Shown here: positions 1 through 13,600 of the stretch, piece after piece
Numbering within the stretch: the stretch's first letter is position 1
Layout: every line of letters starts with the position of its first letter
Source: Cercozoa sp. M6MM
Taxonomy: Eukaryota > Protista > Endomyxa: Ascetosporea
Strand: one strand, 5' to 3'
Assembly: GCA_040357565.1 (NCBI GenBank)
Contig: JBDODJ010000041.1
DNA length: 64,000 nt
Notes under the pieces: generated by a model
The model's input: only the letters and a program-made list of their open reading frames with translations
Databases searched by the model: none
Told to the model about the DNA's origin: nothing
Program-made: the position numbers and the translations under genes

Positions 1-918
1 GCAAACTGGAGAAACTCGGCGTCGCCAAAGACGAGATTCTGCGCTCAATTCTGCGGTATCACCGTCCAGTCCATCTGACCTTGTCCCTCTGTACTGTTCA
101 TGTCCACCTGTGTATAGCCGGAGCATCTACATCCGCAGTGTCCTCAGTGTAGCCACGATAAACATCATGCAGTGTAGTGTGCCTGGTTCGTGCCTTAACT
201 GTCGTGGAAACAGGAGTGGTCCAACGTCGGCGATCTCGCCGAGGAGGCGCGCGCGATTAGAAACCTCCTCGTGTCCATCTGTACACTCTTGCTGTCTGGC
301 TTGGTTTAGGCTCTGTTTGGGCTCTCATTGGGCTCAGCTTATGGGTGACTCTGTCTCGGCTCAGGCAAGATGGACGACGACATCAAGCTTCCGCTCTCGG
401 CCGACGGCTGCGTCGTGGAACACCACCGTAGCTGAAGGCTCCCTTAACCATTCGGCCCCTTAATCAGTCTTGAACACCCCCTTTAACCAGTTGTGAAACA
501 CTCCTTAAACACACTGCCATTTTGTAGCCAGGTGGAAGGTGCCGTCGACCTTTGAACTCACGCCCGACCATGACGGTATTCAACAACACGTGAAAACCTT
601 GCTGGTGTATTTGTGTTTGCGTGTGTGCACTGTAGGTGTCCTTGCGACTGTTGTGAACGACGAGTTGCGTCGGGTTGGTTCTGTTACCCCACCCCCCTTT
701 ACACTTTTTACCGCCCATTTCACGCCCCTGTTTACCCCCTGTTTACCTCCTCCTTACCCCCATTTTACCACCTCTTTACCCCCTTTTTACCCCCTCTTTA
801 CCTCCCTATTTACCCCCCNNNNNNNNNNNNNNNNNNNNNNNNNNNNNNNNNNNNNNNNNNNNNNNNNNNNNNNNNNNNNNNNNNNNNNNNNNNNNNNNNN
901 NNNNNNNNNNNNNNNNNN

Positions 919-974
<56 letters not shown>

Positions 975-2295
975 TACTGTGCAACGATTGGTGGTGGTAG
1001 ATTAAATTTCCGTCCGAGTGGACCATGATGGAACTCGCGGTGCGTGCGTTTCTCTCACCCAGCGAACACGATCGTCGTGTCTACTACCGGCAGTTGTGGC
1101 ACCACTTGGCTTTCTCGCGCACGCTCTTCTTGGAGGTGAGTTGCCCCCCCCCCCATACCCCATTGCGTCCCTACCCTCCCTTTTTGACAGGAGATGCTGT
1201 CGAACTTTGACCGCAGCAGCGTGGTGCACCGACTGATGGCGATGCTGTGCGACAAAACGCTGCTGCACGGGTGCACCGAACTCTACCGCGAGGACGACCA
1301 TCTGCGCTTCATTCGCAACACTGCCGTAGCTTGCCCAGTTTTTACCCCCTTCTTTCTTCTTTAATATTAAGACAGAAGTATGGCCAACATGTGTGTGTAT
1401 GTATGTGTGTGCATGTGTGTGTGTGTTTGTGTTTGGTGTGTGTGTGTGTATATGGTATGGATCAGGTGCGACGAGTGGCGCACCTCGAGAGCATTCCAGG
1501 CGGCCGCATGCGCTTTGAGCAACCAATGACAAAGCGCTGTGCTTTCATGTTCTACTCGGTAAATCTACAGTGTGCTTTTAAATCTACAGTGCACTTTTGG
1601 GGGGAGAGAAGAAGGACATGTGCACCTGCACTCTGTCGACTGTGTGTGCTGTAGTGCTGCATCGCCGAAAGCAGCGAACTGATCGAACTGATGCACGGCG
1701 ATCTCATTCGGTGGTAGCCTGCACCGTCCCTGGCCTACTTCAGGGCGTCTATGTGTCAGTCTATGTGTGTATGACTGTACAGGCCAGGCGATCCCTACTT
1801 GATTGCACACTTTGTGCAAGCCACTGTGCGTGTCTTGGTAGTGTTTCATCTGCCTCTATGTAGAGAGACCTATATCTACGATCGTTCCATTTGGTTTGCA
1901 GCTCAACGAGAAAGAAGAGCGCGTGTGCCTGACACGCGAGCAGCGTGCCGTGGTGTGGGACTGGCTCTACTCCAGTATCACCGAACTCAACGGTCTGCTG
2001 TGCCGCCGCACGCTGCCGCTGCTCTGCTCCTCTGTTGATATCTGCGATTACTGTCCGAGGTGAGACTCTCTCTCTCTCTCTCTCGATACATGTGCATCTG
2101 TGTATCCGTGTATATGTGTATATGTGTATATGCCCTACCTGTTATCTTTCAGAAAGAAAGTCTACGTGATAAACCCGTCGCCTTTCATGCAGCTGCTGGA
2201 GTTGCAGATCACGGACCCGCACAGTGTGGATTACAATCCTCTGGTAGGCACATACACACCTCCTACCTGTAAAATTGAATCAACGCTACTGGGAG

Positions 2296-2344
<49 letters not shown>

Positions 2345-2354
2345 NNNNNNNNNN

Positions 2355-2402
<48 letters not shown>

Positions 2403-3393
2403 ACAGGAGTGGAGACTGGCCGCAGTTGTGACCTCGTGGATCGCGACCGACGCGTTCTCCTTCGACCCGGTACCTGTCTGCAGTATGTGTACAGCTGTAC
2501 ATGTATGTATGTATGCGTGTATGAGTGTGTGCATGTTCAGGACTCGGACCGACGGCAGGTGCAGCAGTGCCGCGACTGGCTCATGCGCGTTGGCGCCTTC
2601 TACTACGACGACGCCGCCTGCGAGTGGCTCTTCCGCAACGTGCGAGACAGTGGCGACGCCGCCATCGCTGACGGCTCGCTGTGTAGGCCTCAATCTACTC
2701 TGCCCCGTCCTACCCAGTCCTACCCCAGTCCTACCCCAGTCCTACCCCAGTCCTACCCCAGTCCTACCCCAGCCTTACCTCTACCCTACCTCTATTCTTT
2801 ATCTGCAGGCATACTGCTGCGAAGTCCCGACGGCGTCGAGTGGGGCCGCCGCGTGTTTCGTGAGACTCTGGCCGACAGTGGCAGCGACTTTGTGTGTCTG
2901 CACAACCCGATCGTGTTCTTCTGGACCATGGTGTCGCTGGGCGCCTCGGTCGAGCACGACGCCGACTCGACGCGCACGCTGAGCGACGCCGTGGCCACGC
3001 TGTGTCGCGATGCCAATGACACTGACACTGACACTGACACTGACGCGGACCGCGCGGAAGTGACACGTGCCAGTCGCACGCTGACGCAGCACCTGCAGCG
3101 CCATCGACTCGAACTGTTTGAACCCTTCGCGCAACTCCTGCGACAACACACGCCCCTCCCTCTCGAACTTATCGGTACGACTGTTTTATTGTTTTGCTTT
3201 CTCAATAATAGGAAAACTGAACACTGGAGCAGACGAGGTGCGTGACTACTCGCTGTGTGCCGCTCTGCCGCGTGTGCTACCGCGCGTCTTTCGTGACGGC
3301 TTCATTGGGCCGCGTGCCACGCGCGAGATTATCGCGACTCCGAACTCAGACTGGCACCTACCGGTAACCTCGCGCAGGCCTCTGGAGTCTTGA
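1..3393 (+). CDS. Multi-exon hypothetical protein, 5' end outside the window; could be more than one gene
   Basis: GC-rich micro-exons separated by GT..AG introns that carry (GT)n and C-rich repeats. The last exons splice to ...LLRQHTPLPLELI|DEVRDYSLCAALP...RRPLES* (TGA ending 3393). No family recognised. Confidence 0.55.
683..818 (+). repeat. Intronic C-rich TTTACCCC(C) degenerate tandem array running into a 100-N gap (819-918), followed by (GT)n to about 972
   Basis: Directly visible repeats tttaccccc / ctgtttacccc / ctctttaccc. Confidence 0.9.
2298..2400 (+). repeat. (GT)n microsatellite in an intron, with an internal 10-N gap
   Basis: Directly visible; ends just before the acceptor tcacag. 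Confidence 0.95.
2709..2770 (+). repeat. 11-bp intronic tandem repeat (CCTACCCCAGT)n, about 5-6 copies
   Basis: Directly visible. Confidence 0.9.
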
Positions 3394-3764
3394 TCAGCAT
3401 TCAGTTCACCCACGCCATGTCGTGTGCTCTAGCATGTGACTAGCACGCGACGCCCATATGCAGTATATCGACCGGACCAAGCCAGTTTGCAATTGCTTGA
3501 GACGTTATTTGCTTCACTCTGTTCAACCAGTTCAGTTGACACGAGAGGCCTGGCCGCGGGTTATCAGATCGCGCGGCCTATTGTACGATCCGACTCCGAC
3601 CAGCCAGGTCGGGATCCGCTTAGTACGTGACGTGACCGGACTCATGCTGGACGGACGGGAGTCGAGTCGAGTCTTCTTTATTCTCGACCATCGCTCAAAA
3701 GTTTGAAAGGAACGAGCAGGGAGAGACGAGGCTGACCTCCGCTAAGTGTAAATTTGCAGAGCAA

Positions 3765-4583
3765 CTAGACGAGCACGCCCTTGGACTCCTGCTGCTGCTG
3801 CCGCGCGTAGGCCTCGACGTTGCGTCGCTCGAGTTCACTTGAGTGCATGTTTTGCGCCTGCGCAAGTCGCGTGAGTTGACATCGATCAGTTGGTGCACAC
3901 AGTTAGAGCGAGGTACCTGAGCCTGAGCCACCGCTTCGCGGAGGTTGTGCTGATCTTCGAACCTGCAAGCCAGACAAGACAGGCAGAGTGAGCACACCAC
4001 ACACAGAGCAAGGTCTAAATCAGCAAAATCAGCCTACTCATCGATGAGCTTCTCGCGCATGCGAATCTGCTCGGTCATCTTCTCGACTGCCTGCTCAAAC
4101 AAACGTAGTCAGGCCATATCCTCGGCAGGCAGAAAGGGACACAAGCCAAAGACACACCATGCTGAGGTTGTCACGGTTGGCCTGCACCTTCGGCAGTGCC
4201 GTAGCCACCGTTTCTTGCACCAGCACGCCTCCCACCTGTGTCACACGAGTCTATCTGCTACCATCCAAGCTTTGCTCAGGCCCAGGATACCAGGTGGTAG
4301 CACACTCGGTCATCCTCGAGGTCCGACATTGTACGACAGACCAGTCTGCGGGCATTGGGCATACATCGAGCTTGTTTAACAGAGCGAAAACTAGGTAAGG
4401 TACGAATGCTCGTTGAGCTTGATGTTGACGTCGTTCAGCTTGGCGTAGGCCTGAGTGGCAGCAACTCATTCTCTCAAGCGCCCGGGAGAGACACAGAATG
4501 CATACCTGTTTCAGCTCCGCCTTCATCTGACGCCACTTTTGAAGTAACTGCGTACGCACGACTTCTTCGTTTTGCTCGGACAT
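3765..4583 (-). CDS. PFDN2: Prefoldin subunit 2 (7 exons, about 149 aa)
   Basis: Spliced: MSEQNEEVVRTQLLQKWRQMKAELKQ|AYAKLNDVNIKLNEHS|LVCRTMSDLEDDRVCYHL|VGGVLVQETVATALPKVQANRDNLSM|...ESKGVLV*. This matches the PFDN2 hallmarks LNEHSLV, CYxxVGGVLVE and C-terminal GVLV. All 6 introns are GT-AG and in phase. Confidence 0.9.
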
Positions 4584-4875
4584 GGCAGAAAGTCGTTAGA
4601 TTGGCGAATCGGCAGAAAGTGCAAACCACAGATTGCAGTTCTCTGCTGAGTCAAACACTGATCTATTCCGTATACACACGCCTGCTGGTAGCCCAGACCG
4701 GCACTGGAGTGCAAAAGCGTCGATCGGCTCCAAATCTTGAGCCGCCAGCATTTGATTGTTTTTCCCGCGCTTCTCTAGTCACACATTGCCTTAGAATGCA
4801 TCCAACCTGCTTGAACGAATTGAAACAGTCCCGGTTATTGTAAACAAATAGTGCAGGCACACCGGGCAGATTGGG
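4584..4875. promoter_or_regulatory. Probable bidirectional promoter between PFDN2 and HUS1
   Basis: About 290 bp between divergent start codons; positional inference only. Confidence 0.45.
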
Positions 4876-6355
4876 ATGAAGTTTGAAGCTCGGGCAGATG
4901 GAACTGTCATGGGCTACTTTGCCGGTACATTTGTCTGCGTGTTATCTCCGTTGTGGATGTAAAAGACACGGTGAGCAGATGTGGCACACGCACTCCGCTC
5001 TGCTGGTGTCCAAAAGGTGCTCCTAAGTGGCACAGAAGGCGGTGTTGGTCTGCTTGCCTCGAGTGTATTAATACCATTGTCTCCGCTCAGTTCGGGTCGA
5101 ACGCAGCTGTTTCGCAATGCACTTAGGCTCTCACGAACGGTGACCATCAAGTGTTTGTTCGAATCAAGAAATCGTTTTTCTCATTGTACAAGATCGAAAG
5201 CAATGTACTCTCTGGATATTCTATCAAACTTGCCTCTGTGTCCACTTATGAATTCACACCGCTGCAGCGCGACAAGAACAGAATAAACATGGAAGTGAGC
5301 GTTAGCAACATTTGTGCGGTAGTTGTTTTTAACATTTCCCACATCTGTACCGTTTTATACTTTTGCACCAGGGAATGAAGCACGCGAGAAACCAATCGTT
5401 GCGTAAAACAGAGTGGCGACTGGTCAAGGTTCGTTTTCTTGCCGCGTCCAGCGAGTTAATTTATTGGGCTCATTTTGTGGTTTGATTACCCTTGCAGGAC
5501 ATTGAAACAAACGCTCCAGTGCTGAAGCTGAGCTTTTTTATTGTACGGTTTTCTTTTCAACGTGAAATATAAAATACTTAAAATGTTATGCAGAATAAAG
5601 ACGATGAAAGTGACGCAGTCGTGCGTGTTCCCGTTCTTCTCGACTCATCAGGGTATTGAGTTGGTCGTCTGTAGTGTTCGAACGACTACTGATTCTTTGC
5701 TTGCACGCAGTGAGAGCCACCTGCAGTATGAGGAGCCGAATCTGCCGCCACCGATCGAGCGAGTGTGCTGTCCGAACTACGAGGTCAGTTCTTCCCTTCC
5801 TTTTTGAAATGTTTGTATGCTTTCATTTGTGTAGATGCTGAAGAATTCGTTGGATCGCATGCGCACAGTGTAGCCCGTGTTTTCGTAACTTATTTGGAAA
5901 GTGTAATTTTTCCTCTTTGCAGTTCTGATCGCGTTCTCGTCGAATTCGACACTGAAGTCGGCGAACTCAAACTTGAAGCGAAAGGCGAGCTGGTTCAGTT
6001 GGGTATCCTCAGACACTTACTGTTCGTTTTTTAGCTTTTTATTCACGTGCGTCCGTTGCGTAGGTGTAAAGTTCACCAACCTAAAAGTTGAAGGTTCCGC
6101 GCGGAGCAACGAAGATGACGAAGAGTGCTGTTTTGCCACGGTGCATACCGTGGATTTGCAGCGGCTGGCGCAGTGTTTCGCTGCCTTTGACACGACCATC
6201 TCGCGAATGTACAGCGTGTGTCTCTGTTAGGTTTCTTTCCCATCCTACTTGTTTTGTGTAGAGTGCTCGTGGAGGATATGTGCGTGACCGGCATCGCACG
6301 CAACGAGTGGTTCATGCTGACCTTCTACGTGCCGCTCCTCGCCTGCGATGACTGA
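4876..6355 (+). CDS. HUS1: HUS1-like 9-1-1 checkpoint clamp subunit (at least 10 introns)
   Basis: Spliced: MKFEAR..., SFFSLYKIESN|RDKNRINMEVSVSNI, LQYEEPNLPPP..., MLKNSLDRMRT..SDRVLVEFDTEVGELKLEAKGELVQL, C-terminal LTFYVPLL. This parallels Hus1 (MKFRAK, FFxEFxME..NEIYLE, LQEPxxP, VVEKMKxISxxLxIxAxxxGELxL, LQYFIP). Confidence 0.75.
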
Positions 6356-6430
6356 TCCTGATTCGATAGCTATCAGACAAGTCTCGTCTGGCCTACCGTT
6401 CAGTTTGTCGTGTACTGCGCTGTACGTAAG

Positions 6431-8948
6431 CTAGATAAAAAGATCTTGATCATCGTCAGAGTCCGCGAGTTCTTCAGCCTGCTGTGCGAGTCCTGAGTCG
6501 GACCTCCCAGAGGCCGAGGTTTGAGGCGTCTCCTGGGCGAGAAAGGCTAGGTGCAGATCGTCCAGTGCGTCGTGTGTCACATGCGGTGCAAAAGCTCTTT
6601 CTGTAGACTCCAAGAGGAAGGTACATTCAAGAGGAAGGCACACTCAGGAGGAAGGAAGTGTGGGAGGACAGAACATAGGTTGGTGGGGCGTGTACCAGCA
6701 TGTGCGACGAGTGCCTTGGCGAAGGCAGGCGAGGCAACGGCGGGATGATCGCCGAGTCGCTTTAGCATAGCAATCACGCCGGTCATGTCTTCTTGTGCGC
6801 ACAGATCTTGCTCCAGCAACTCGAGCAGCTGTCCAGAGACACAACAAGACACCCAATCAACCAGATCGGTTACAATGGCACAAGGGACATAGAGACAAGA
6901 AGTACAGCCAGGCCGCACGTGAAAAGTGCCGGCCAACCACGAGCTAGAAACAAATCAAACACGCGACATTTGACGTCTTCAGGCAGAGGCTATAACACAC
7001 GGTTGTACACGATGGGCATTGTTTCTTTTAAGGAAGCATGGTACAGCGTAGGTGAAGGCGGTCGCAATCCACTCGGTGGCAAAGTGCATCGGATGCACGC
7101 CCTGTCACACATATACAAGGTATACAGGGTCCGAGGACAGAGCCTTAAAAACCCTACCATGTCCTCCATCCGGTATAGAAGTGTTGGCAGGTGCTGTCGC
7201 AACAAGGCACGCAACTGCACGAAACCCAGTGCCAGTCCTGACTCGTCAGTCACACAGGGTTAACAAAGGAGTACAAGGGGTAAATTTAGCGTCTAATAGG
7301 GCGAGAGGAGTACCTGGTACTTTACTGCCAAAGATACGTCGCATGCCGTATCGAGGGTCGCGATCGAACATCTCCATGGCACCCTAAGTTACATACACTG
7401 TGAGTCTATACAAACACTCACATAGAAACCAGGCAGTTTCTATGTACCAAAGCAACAGCCTCAGTCATTGGATCATCGCGCCATTGCATCAGTTTCAACA
7501 GGTGAGCCACCTGCAATGTATATATATACCCAGATAGAGTGCGGGCACGCCTAGAGTGACAAAAAGCTACCACAAAGCCCATGCCCTGCGTGTAGCCAAC
7601 GCGTGGCCACTTGAGCGCAAAGGCCGACAGAACACGGCGCACCATACCGCGGCGTCGTTCGCGTTCCACCACGTCCTCGACGTCATCTACGGGGTGTGTA
7701 ACATACAGATAAGGGGGGGGGGGTAAAGTCCTACCATCCAGTATGGTGCGTGGCACGTCGCACCGCAGCGCAGTCATTGCCGTGCGCAGTTTCTTCCTGG
7801 TCTACATTGTCACTTGCGTTTCGTTCCCTGTCCAGAAGAAACCAAAGCTGACTTACGGAAGGAGAGAGACGGTTCAGATCGGTCAGATCGACGTCAATGT
7901 CAGCGTCGTTTTTGCTACTGTTGTGTGTTGTTGTTGGAGAAGCCACCACGTCCAGATGAACCTGGTACACAACTCTGTATTTGCTACCATAGTCTCTTAA
8001 TCCATTCACTGAACACACCTCACTCAAGACGGCAAAACGAGCCAAATTCTGCAACAGAGCGTCGTCGCACGAGGCTGTTCGGACTTCCTGGTGCTCGCCT
8101 CTGCAGGTACCATATATTGTTCCATCTGTACTACCATATACTTCCTGCAGACTAAAATGTACCGACTGCGAAGGAAGGAGCGAACGCGCGAGTGCAGCAG
8201 CAAATCACGCCGTGTGACACCTTGCACCACGCCACGTGCACACACGTCGCTGTACACACAAGTCAGAAGAGTGATTTGGGGGTAATTAGAGGTGGAACGC
8301 GTTAAAGCAAAAAGTGAAGGAGTTAAGGATAAAAAATTAAGGTAAAACAAGTTAATGCAAAGGTACTCGTCATCCAGCATGATGTCCACAGCGAGCTGAA
8401 ACGGCGCCGGCAGCGTCAACGCTTCGTCCAGCGGCAAAAACAGCAGCACGCGCGCCAGCACCTCAGGTGTCAGTTTAGTATCCACATGCTTCCTGCAACA
8501 ACAGCATTCAACTAAAGCAACATACAACAGAAGGAAGCAAGCAAGGTTACAAAGCTGACGCCATGCGAATGTGCACCGGTGTTTGTTGGCGCCGACTACG
8601 ACGCGGAGGGTCCTAAAGCAGCACCCATGAACCCATCATACAATGCAGAACTGAGTCTGGCAAGACTTGAGGTGTGTACCAGTGTGGCAATGTGATGCCG
8701 CCACTGCTCATCAAAATCTTCTCTTGTCTCGCTCAATTTTTCGGTCGTCTCGGTGGCGCTTTCGTTCTCGTCTCCTGCTTCCAAAAAGCACACGTGTCGA
8801 ACACACATGCATGCAGAATAAAAGGTGCGGCAATAATACTGTTCACGATGTCGTGCAAGTATGAGAACGCCACGGCTGCGCCGACACCAAATAGACCGCC
8901 CACCATGCCAGCACCGACGGCCAAGCCCAAGCGCGCGCGATTATTCAT
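6431..8948 (-). CDS. TBC-domain Rab GTPase-activating protein with an N-terminal hydrophobic segment and an F-box-like motif
   Basis: Spliced motifs LRCDVPRT (IxxDxxR finger), VGYTQGMGFV (YxQ finger), YGMRRIF..VPGLALGFVQLRALLRQHLPTL, FATEWIATAF and RVFDLFLARGWPALF. ATG at 8948, TAG ending 6431; about 12 GT-AG introns. Confidence 0.85.
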
Positions 8949-9432
8949 CTCGCTGCGCCGGGAAACGCAGATAATTCGCCACCAACAGCCTGACCGAAAT
9001 GCCAAAATACCAATCCCACAGGCTACCAACGGTATTTTCTGCCACTTGCGGTGCCTAAGATTGCGCGAAAGTGCCTTTCCAAGCCGGAACCAGAAAACCG
9101 AAGTCTCGGCTCAGTTTTAAATCGGCTCATAAAGAAAAACTCAATCACAGATCACTGGCGAAACAACCGAACAGCGGTAATAGTGCCTTTTGAAACATGA
9201 TACACGTTCTTCACTTATCCCCATTTCGGACAGCTGGGTTCGGTATCGATACTATGTGCAGACAACAAGTCAGTTTGTTGATAAGTCAGTTGGCAAGTGA
9301 CACGCTTGTCTTCAGTCACTCTTGCTCGTGTTTGCAACAATTACTGTAGTGCTGCTTCGCACTTCCGCTGAGTTTTTTGTTGAAGTTGAATCGCGAGTCT
9401 TGGAGACATAACGATACCCGAACCTTAAAACA

Positions 9433-10499
9433 ATGCTGTTGCTCCTTTCAATTTTGGTTGCGCTGGCGTCGAAGCAAGCGCGCTCACATTCAGCTGGCAG
9501 TCCAGGATGCTTTGCAAAGTACCTTACAGTTTGAAGTCTCTTTTTCACTGGCAGCTTTACTGTTTTTTGCATTTCCCGGGACAGTCAAGCTACAATAGAA
9601 GAAGCGACGTCGGCCATGACTTGGGTCCGGAAAGGCGAGGATGCTGGAGGCTTTGTTGTGCTGGTAACTTTACGTTTCGTTGCAGTCTTTCTGCTGATGG
9701 TGAAGTAACGATAGGTTGGATCTGACGGAGAGAAAGTGAAAATAACCCTGCAAGCACCTGAAACGGAAAATGTCCACGCTTTTGTAATTGTGTGGTCTCT
9801 TTCCAGTTTCGTTCAAAGAAACATAAGGTTTTAATGATTGAATTTTTCACAGGACGTCGTGAAATATGAGGAGGGAGTGTCGGTGACTACGTCGGAGGCA
9901 CAGGCTGGCAGCTTTACGCTCGGCGACAGGCAGAGTTTTGGAACTGTAAAATTTCAGTTTGGGTTGTTTGATTTTGGGGGTTCACCGACAATTGTGTATT
10001 TATGATACAACTTACATTGTCGGTGAGGACCAGGGTGTCTGTGCGCGTCCTACTTCACAGGTCACACACAGTCAACCTGTGCGTGAGTCCTCGGTGTCGG
10101 CTACTTGGTCGCCTCCGCAGACGCAGGCGGTCACGCGGTTTGTGGCTCGGGCCATAGCCTATGGCACCGACTTCGCGATGCACCTTGCCGTGAGCGAACC
10201 TTTTGACCCCGCCACGCTTGTTTGTACTTTTCTCGGCTTGAACCTTATTGTTTGCCCGCACTGTACGAAATAGAAATTCAGTGAATTAAATCTTTAGTGC
10301 TGTAGCGTCCGGTGCGGAGGCCGACGAAAAAGACAGTGAACAACAGACAGTGGATGATCGAACCAACGACGCATGTTTGCTCTTTTCTGCCTTACCCACG
10401 TACTCGAGCTTCCATCCAACACAGTCGCTCAAAAATTCATGGTCTTTTGCGCAGAGTCACAGCTGTAGCGGCAAGCATTGTCGCAAGAGAATGAACTGA
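9433..10499 (+). CDS. Secreted Reeler-domain-like protein
   Basis: Signal-peptide-like MLLLLSILVALAS..HSAGSPGC, then KVKITL, AGSFTL and C..VTHSQPVRESSVSATWSPP..RFVARAI, resembling the Reeler pattern VTH..V...W.AP..F.A.V. Confidence 0.5.
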
Positions 10500-10624
10500 C
10501 ACTGAACTGAAGGCTTTATATTCGGATGCAACTTCAACTGAAGTTGAATGTAAAAGACCCGTCAAGTCGCGAGCCATTGGCCTCGGCCAATTCAAAACTT
10601 TAACAATTGTAATTTAGTTTCAGT

Positions 10625-13600
10625 TCAGTTTTTAAGTCGCTGTAAAAACGAACGACGTGCGACGTGATTGCGTTTGCAACGCCTTCTTGAAGGTCGAGAT
10701 GAAATCTTCGGCACTGCGTTTTCAGCATCAAAATGCGACACACATGATTCAGTATCATAACGTGCACAAATGCCGGTGGTCGAGACCAAAGTACACTTTA
10801 GAACCGCAGCGTGCAACTACAACATCCCAAGTTCGCAGCCATATTTCGAGCGCAACTGTCTTGCGACGCGTATCTGAGTCGCGACGAGGTGTTTCGTCCA
10901 ACGAAACACCGCAGATCTCAAACATTGCAATCGCGTCCATCAACGCATCGTCAGCGGACACTGCGCGAAATTAGTTTCAATGTATCTAATCAGCAAAATA
11001 ATGACACCTTTGCGGTAGGAACCGAGCAGCTGATTGAAGGAAGCTGCTTGCAGCAAGTCGACAACGCCTTTCGTTTCAAAGTCCATCTGGTTGAAAATGT
11101 CGGACAAAGAATGAAACAACTCCTTCGACAACGAAATCCCGGCGGGTGCGCCGGTGTCGCGGTCGAGTTGAGCGATATCGATGCCTTGACTCGCAAGGAA
11201 ATCGCGCAGCTGTTGGAACAAACCTCGCTCGGATTCCAAGGATATGACGGATTCTGCCGAGGGTTCGTGTGGCACTTGTTTCGGTTTTCGCGAGGGACGC
11301 ATTCGGGGTGAGCGACGCGGTGGAGTGCGTGGTGAAGATTTTTTCGCTGATTTAAGCACTTCTTCGTCCTTTTCGTGTTTTTTCTCGACCTTTTTGATAA
11401 CAGCTTCCACAGGTAAAGTCAAAGTGAGATCTCCCTCCCTCGAACTGGGCTTCACAGGCACAGGCGAAGGAGGTTTCGACTCTACTTCAGCATCGGGAAG
11501 CCATGGTTGCTCGATAGAGCGATCTTTAGGCTTTTCAAGAGGAGTTTTCACAGCAACGACGGCCGTTTTGGTGCTTTTCTTCTTTCGAGCCTGTCTGGGT
11601 CGCGGTGTTTCGTTTCGAGTTTGAACAGTGCGTACGCGTTGTGTTTGCCACTTTCTCACGTGAGTGCGGCGTTTGCACAACTCCTTTTTAAAGACTTCTG
11701 GTTTGCCGCCTTCTTCAGGCAAAAATAGCTCGGGCTCGGGCCGCACTTCGGGTTGACTGAGAGATAGTTGCGCTTCTTTGAGCAGCTCGCTGAGTGACAC
11801 GGTAGGCTCAGACGACGGATCGACTTCTCTGCCACACAGCAATCCGAGTAACGTGCGTAGGAGCGGTACATCTTCCCAGACGACAGAAAGCTGCCAAGTG
11901 CTGAGCTTTGTCTTCGTATCGCGCGAGGTAATGACGTGGTGCAGTTGCTTTTTCGGCATCGACTTTGCCATCTGGAGCACTTCTTCCAGCAAGGACGTGC
12001 GCGTTTGCTCGGTTTCTTGTTCGGTCTCAAGCCCCTGTGTGTGCTGCTGCTGCTGCTGCTGTTGGCTTCGCAGTAGTTCCTCGCTCAAGGCAGTTCTGAC
12101 GTCGGTCGACAGATCCGTGAGGATTCCTTTTTCAAGCTGCATGAAGGTGTCCTCAGTTCGTGTGTCGAATACCACCCTCGGACGAGAGTATTTCTGCAGG
12201 AGACGCAGCTTTTCCTGAAATACATCAACTGTGCGACGTCGCTCTTGGTCTTCCTCGACAGCTCTCGAGCTCCACTGTTTGAAGTCATGCTTTCTTGGCG
12301 TTGGCAAGTTGGCTATTTCGATCTGTATCACTGGTTCGACTTGCAATGTTGTAGTAGCTCTCGTCAGTTTGCCTGGTATTATAGAACTAGGTTTCAAAGC
12401 CGTGTGCGGTGGTTTTGACATTGTTGTTTGCGCTCTTCGCAGCCGCTGTAGTCGCTGTGCATCGTTTTCGTCCAGTTTCTGCGTCTTTACGTCAGAAAAA
12501 AGCAGTTCGGTTGTCGTAAACGATGTCACTTCACTCTCCGGCTAAGGGCACAATGAAACAATCAGAAGTTAATTCATAGACATCTTTTGAAAGAAAAGAA
12601 ATATACCCTAGGCATTTCCTTCGTGCTAAGGTTGGACATGAGTGTGTATGGATCACTGACACTGCGACCGGTGGGCAACTCCTCCAGGGTCCACAAGGCC
12701 CCGCACGATTTCCGCTGCATCTGTGCTGAAGCAGGAAGCAGAGGCACATGTGCCACGGCTGGAGGTGCCGTGGTAACTGATCTGGACTGAGTGGCCTCTT
12801 CAAACACGGAGAGCAGATCGGCAGCAGATGGTTCGGCATGCTTGAGTGTTGCCTCGGTGCTCCTTCTTTGAAGAAGGAGAGAGCGCGATCTCGAGCTTCT
12901 TCTTTCCTGCAGCTGGCGCTCAAATCGATCGGCATCTGCGTCGAAACAGGTGATTTCAGGATGAAGGGTGTAATAGCTTGATATGCTGCTTCCAAGGGTT
13001 GCAGGTTCAGTCTGCACTCGGGATTCGACGGTTTTGGGTTTTCGTATTGCTCGCAACTTCGCGAGTAAACGTTTTCTCATAAGAACTTCACGCACGAAGA
13101 GTTCGTGCGTGTCCTGCGGACTTTGCCACGAAAACAAGGGCGATAAGTGAAAGTTCGCTGGCTTTCGACGCCGCAGACGCTGGACGCGAAATTGTACGAG
13201 CGCACGAACTTGGTTTCGCTTCTGCAGCACAGACGAGAAGTGCTTTTGTTGCGCTGTCTGCCTTCTCTGTTCTGCTTCTAGCACTTTGGTTTTGTACTTA
13301 ATCACTCTGTGCTGAGCAAGTCGAGTTTTGTGTGTGTACTTCGTATCCTAACGGATAAAACAGTGGAACGTCAATGGCTTCCGACATATTCGGGGGGGGG
13401 GGGGGTACTTTAGAGTAAATTACCATATGCTTCCGTGCGTCTTCATTAAAGATAGCATCGTAGCTCGCCCGTGTTGCGAAAGGAAACACGCTGTTTGGGG
13501 TCTTCGCGGACACAAGCTCCGATAGCTTCTGCGATCAAAGACCAAATAATCGATCCTCCGGAGGAGCAGATTTGTTTTGAAGAACTAAACAAAAACTGAA

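Noticed and set aside
4237-6063. U12-like donors GTATCCTG (PFDN2) and GTATCCTC (HUS1); also GTATCCCC at 62891
   Set aside because: There is no TCCTTAAC-type branch site near their acceptors, and donors are highly variable here, so chance matches are expected.
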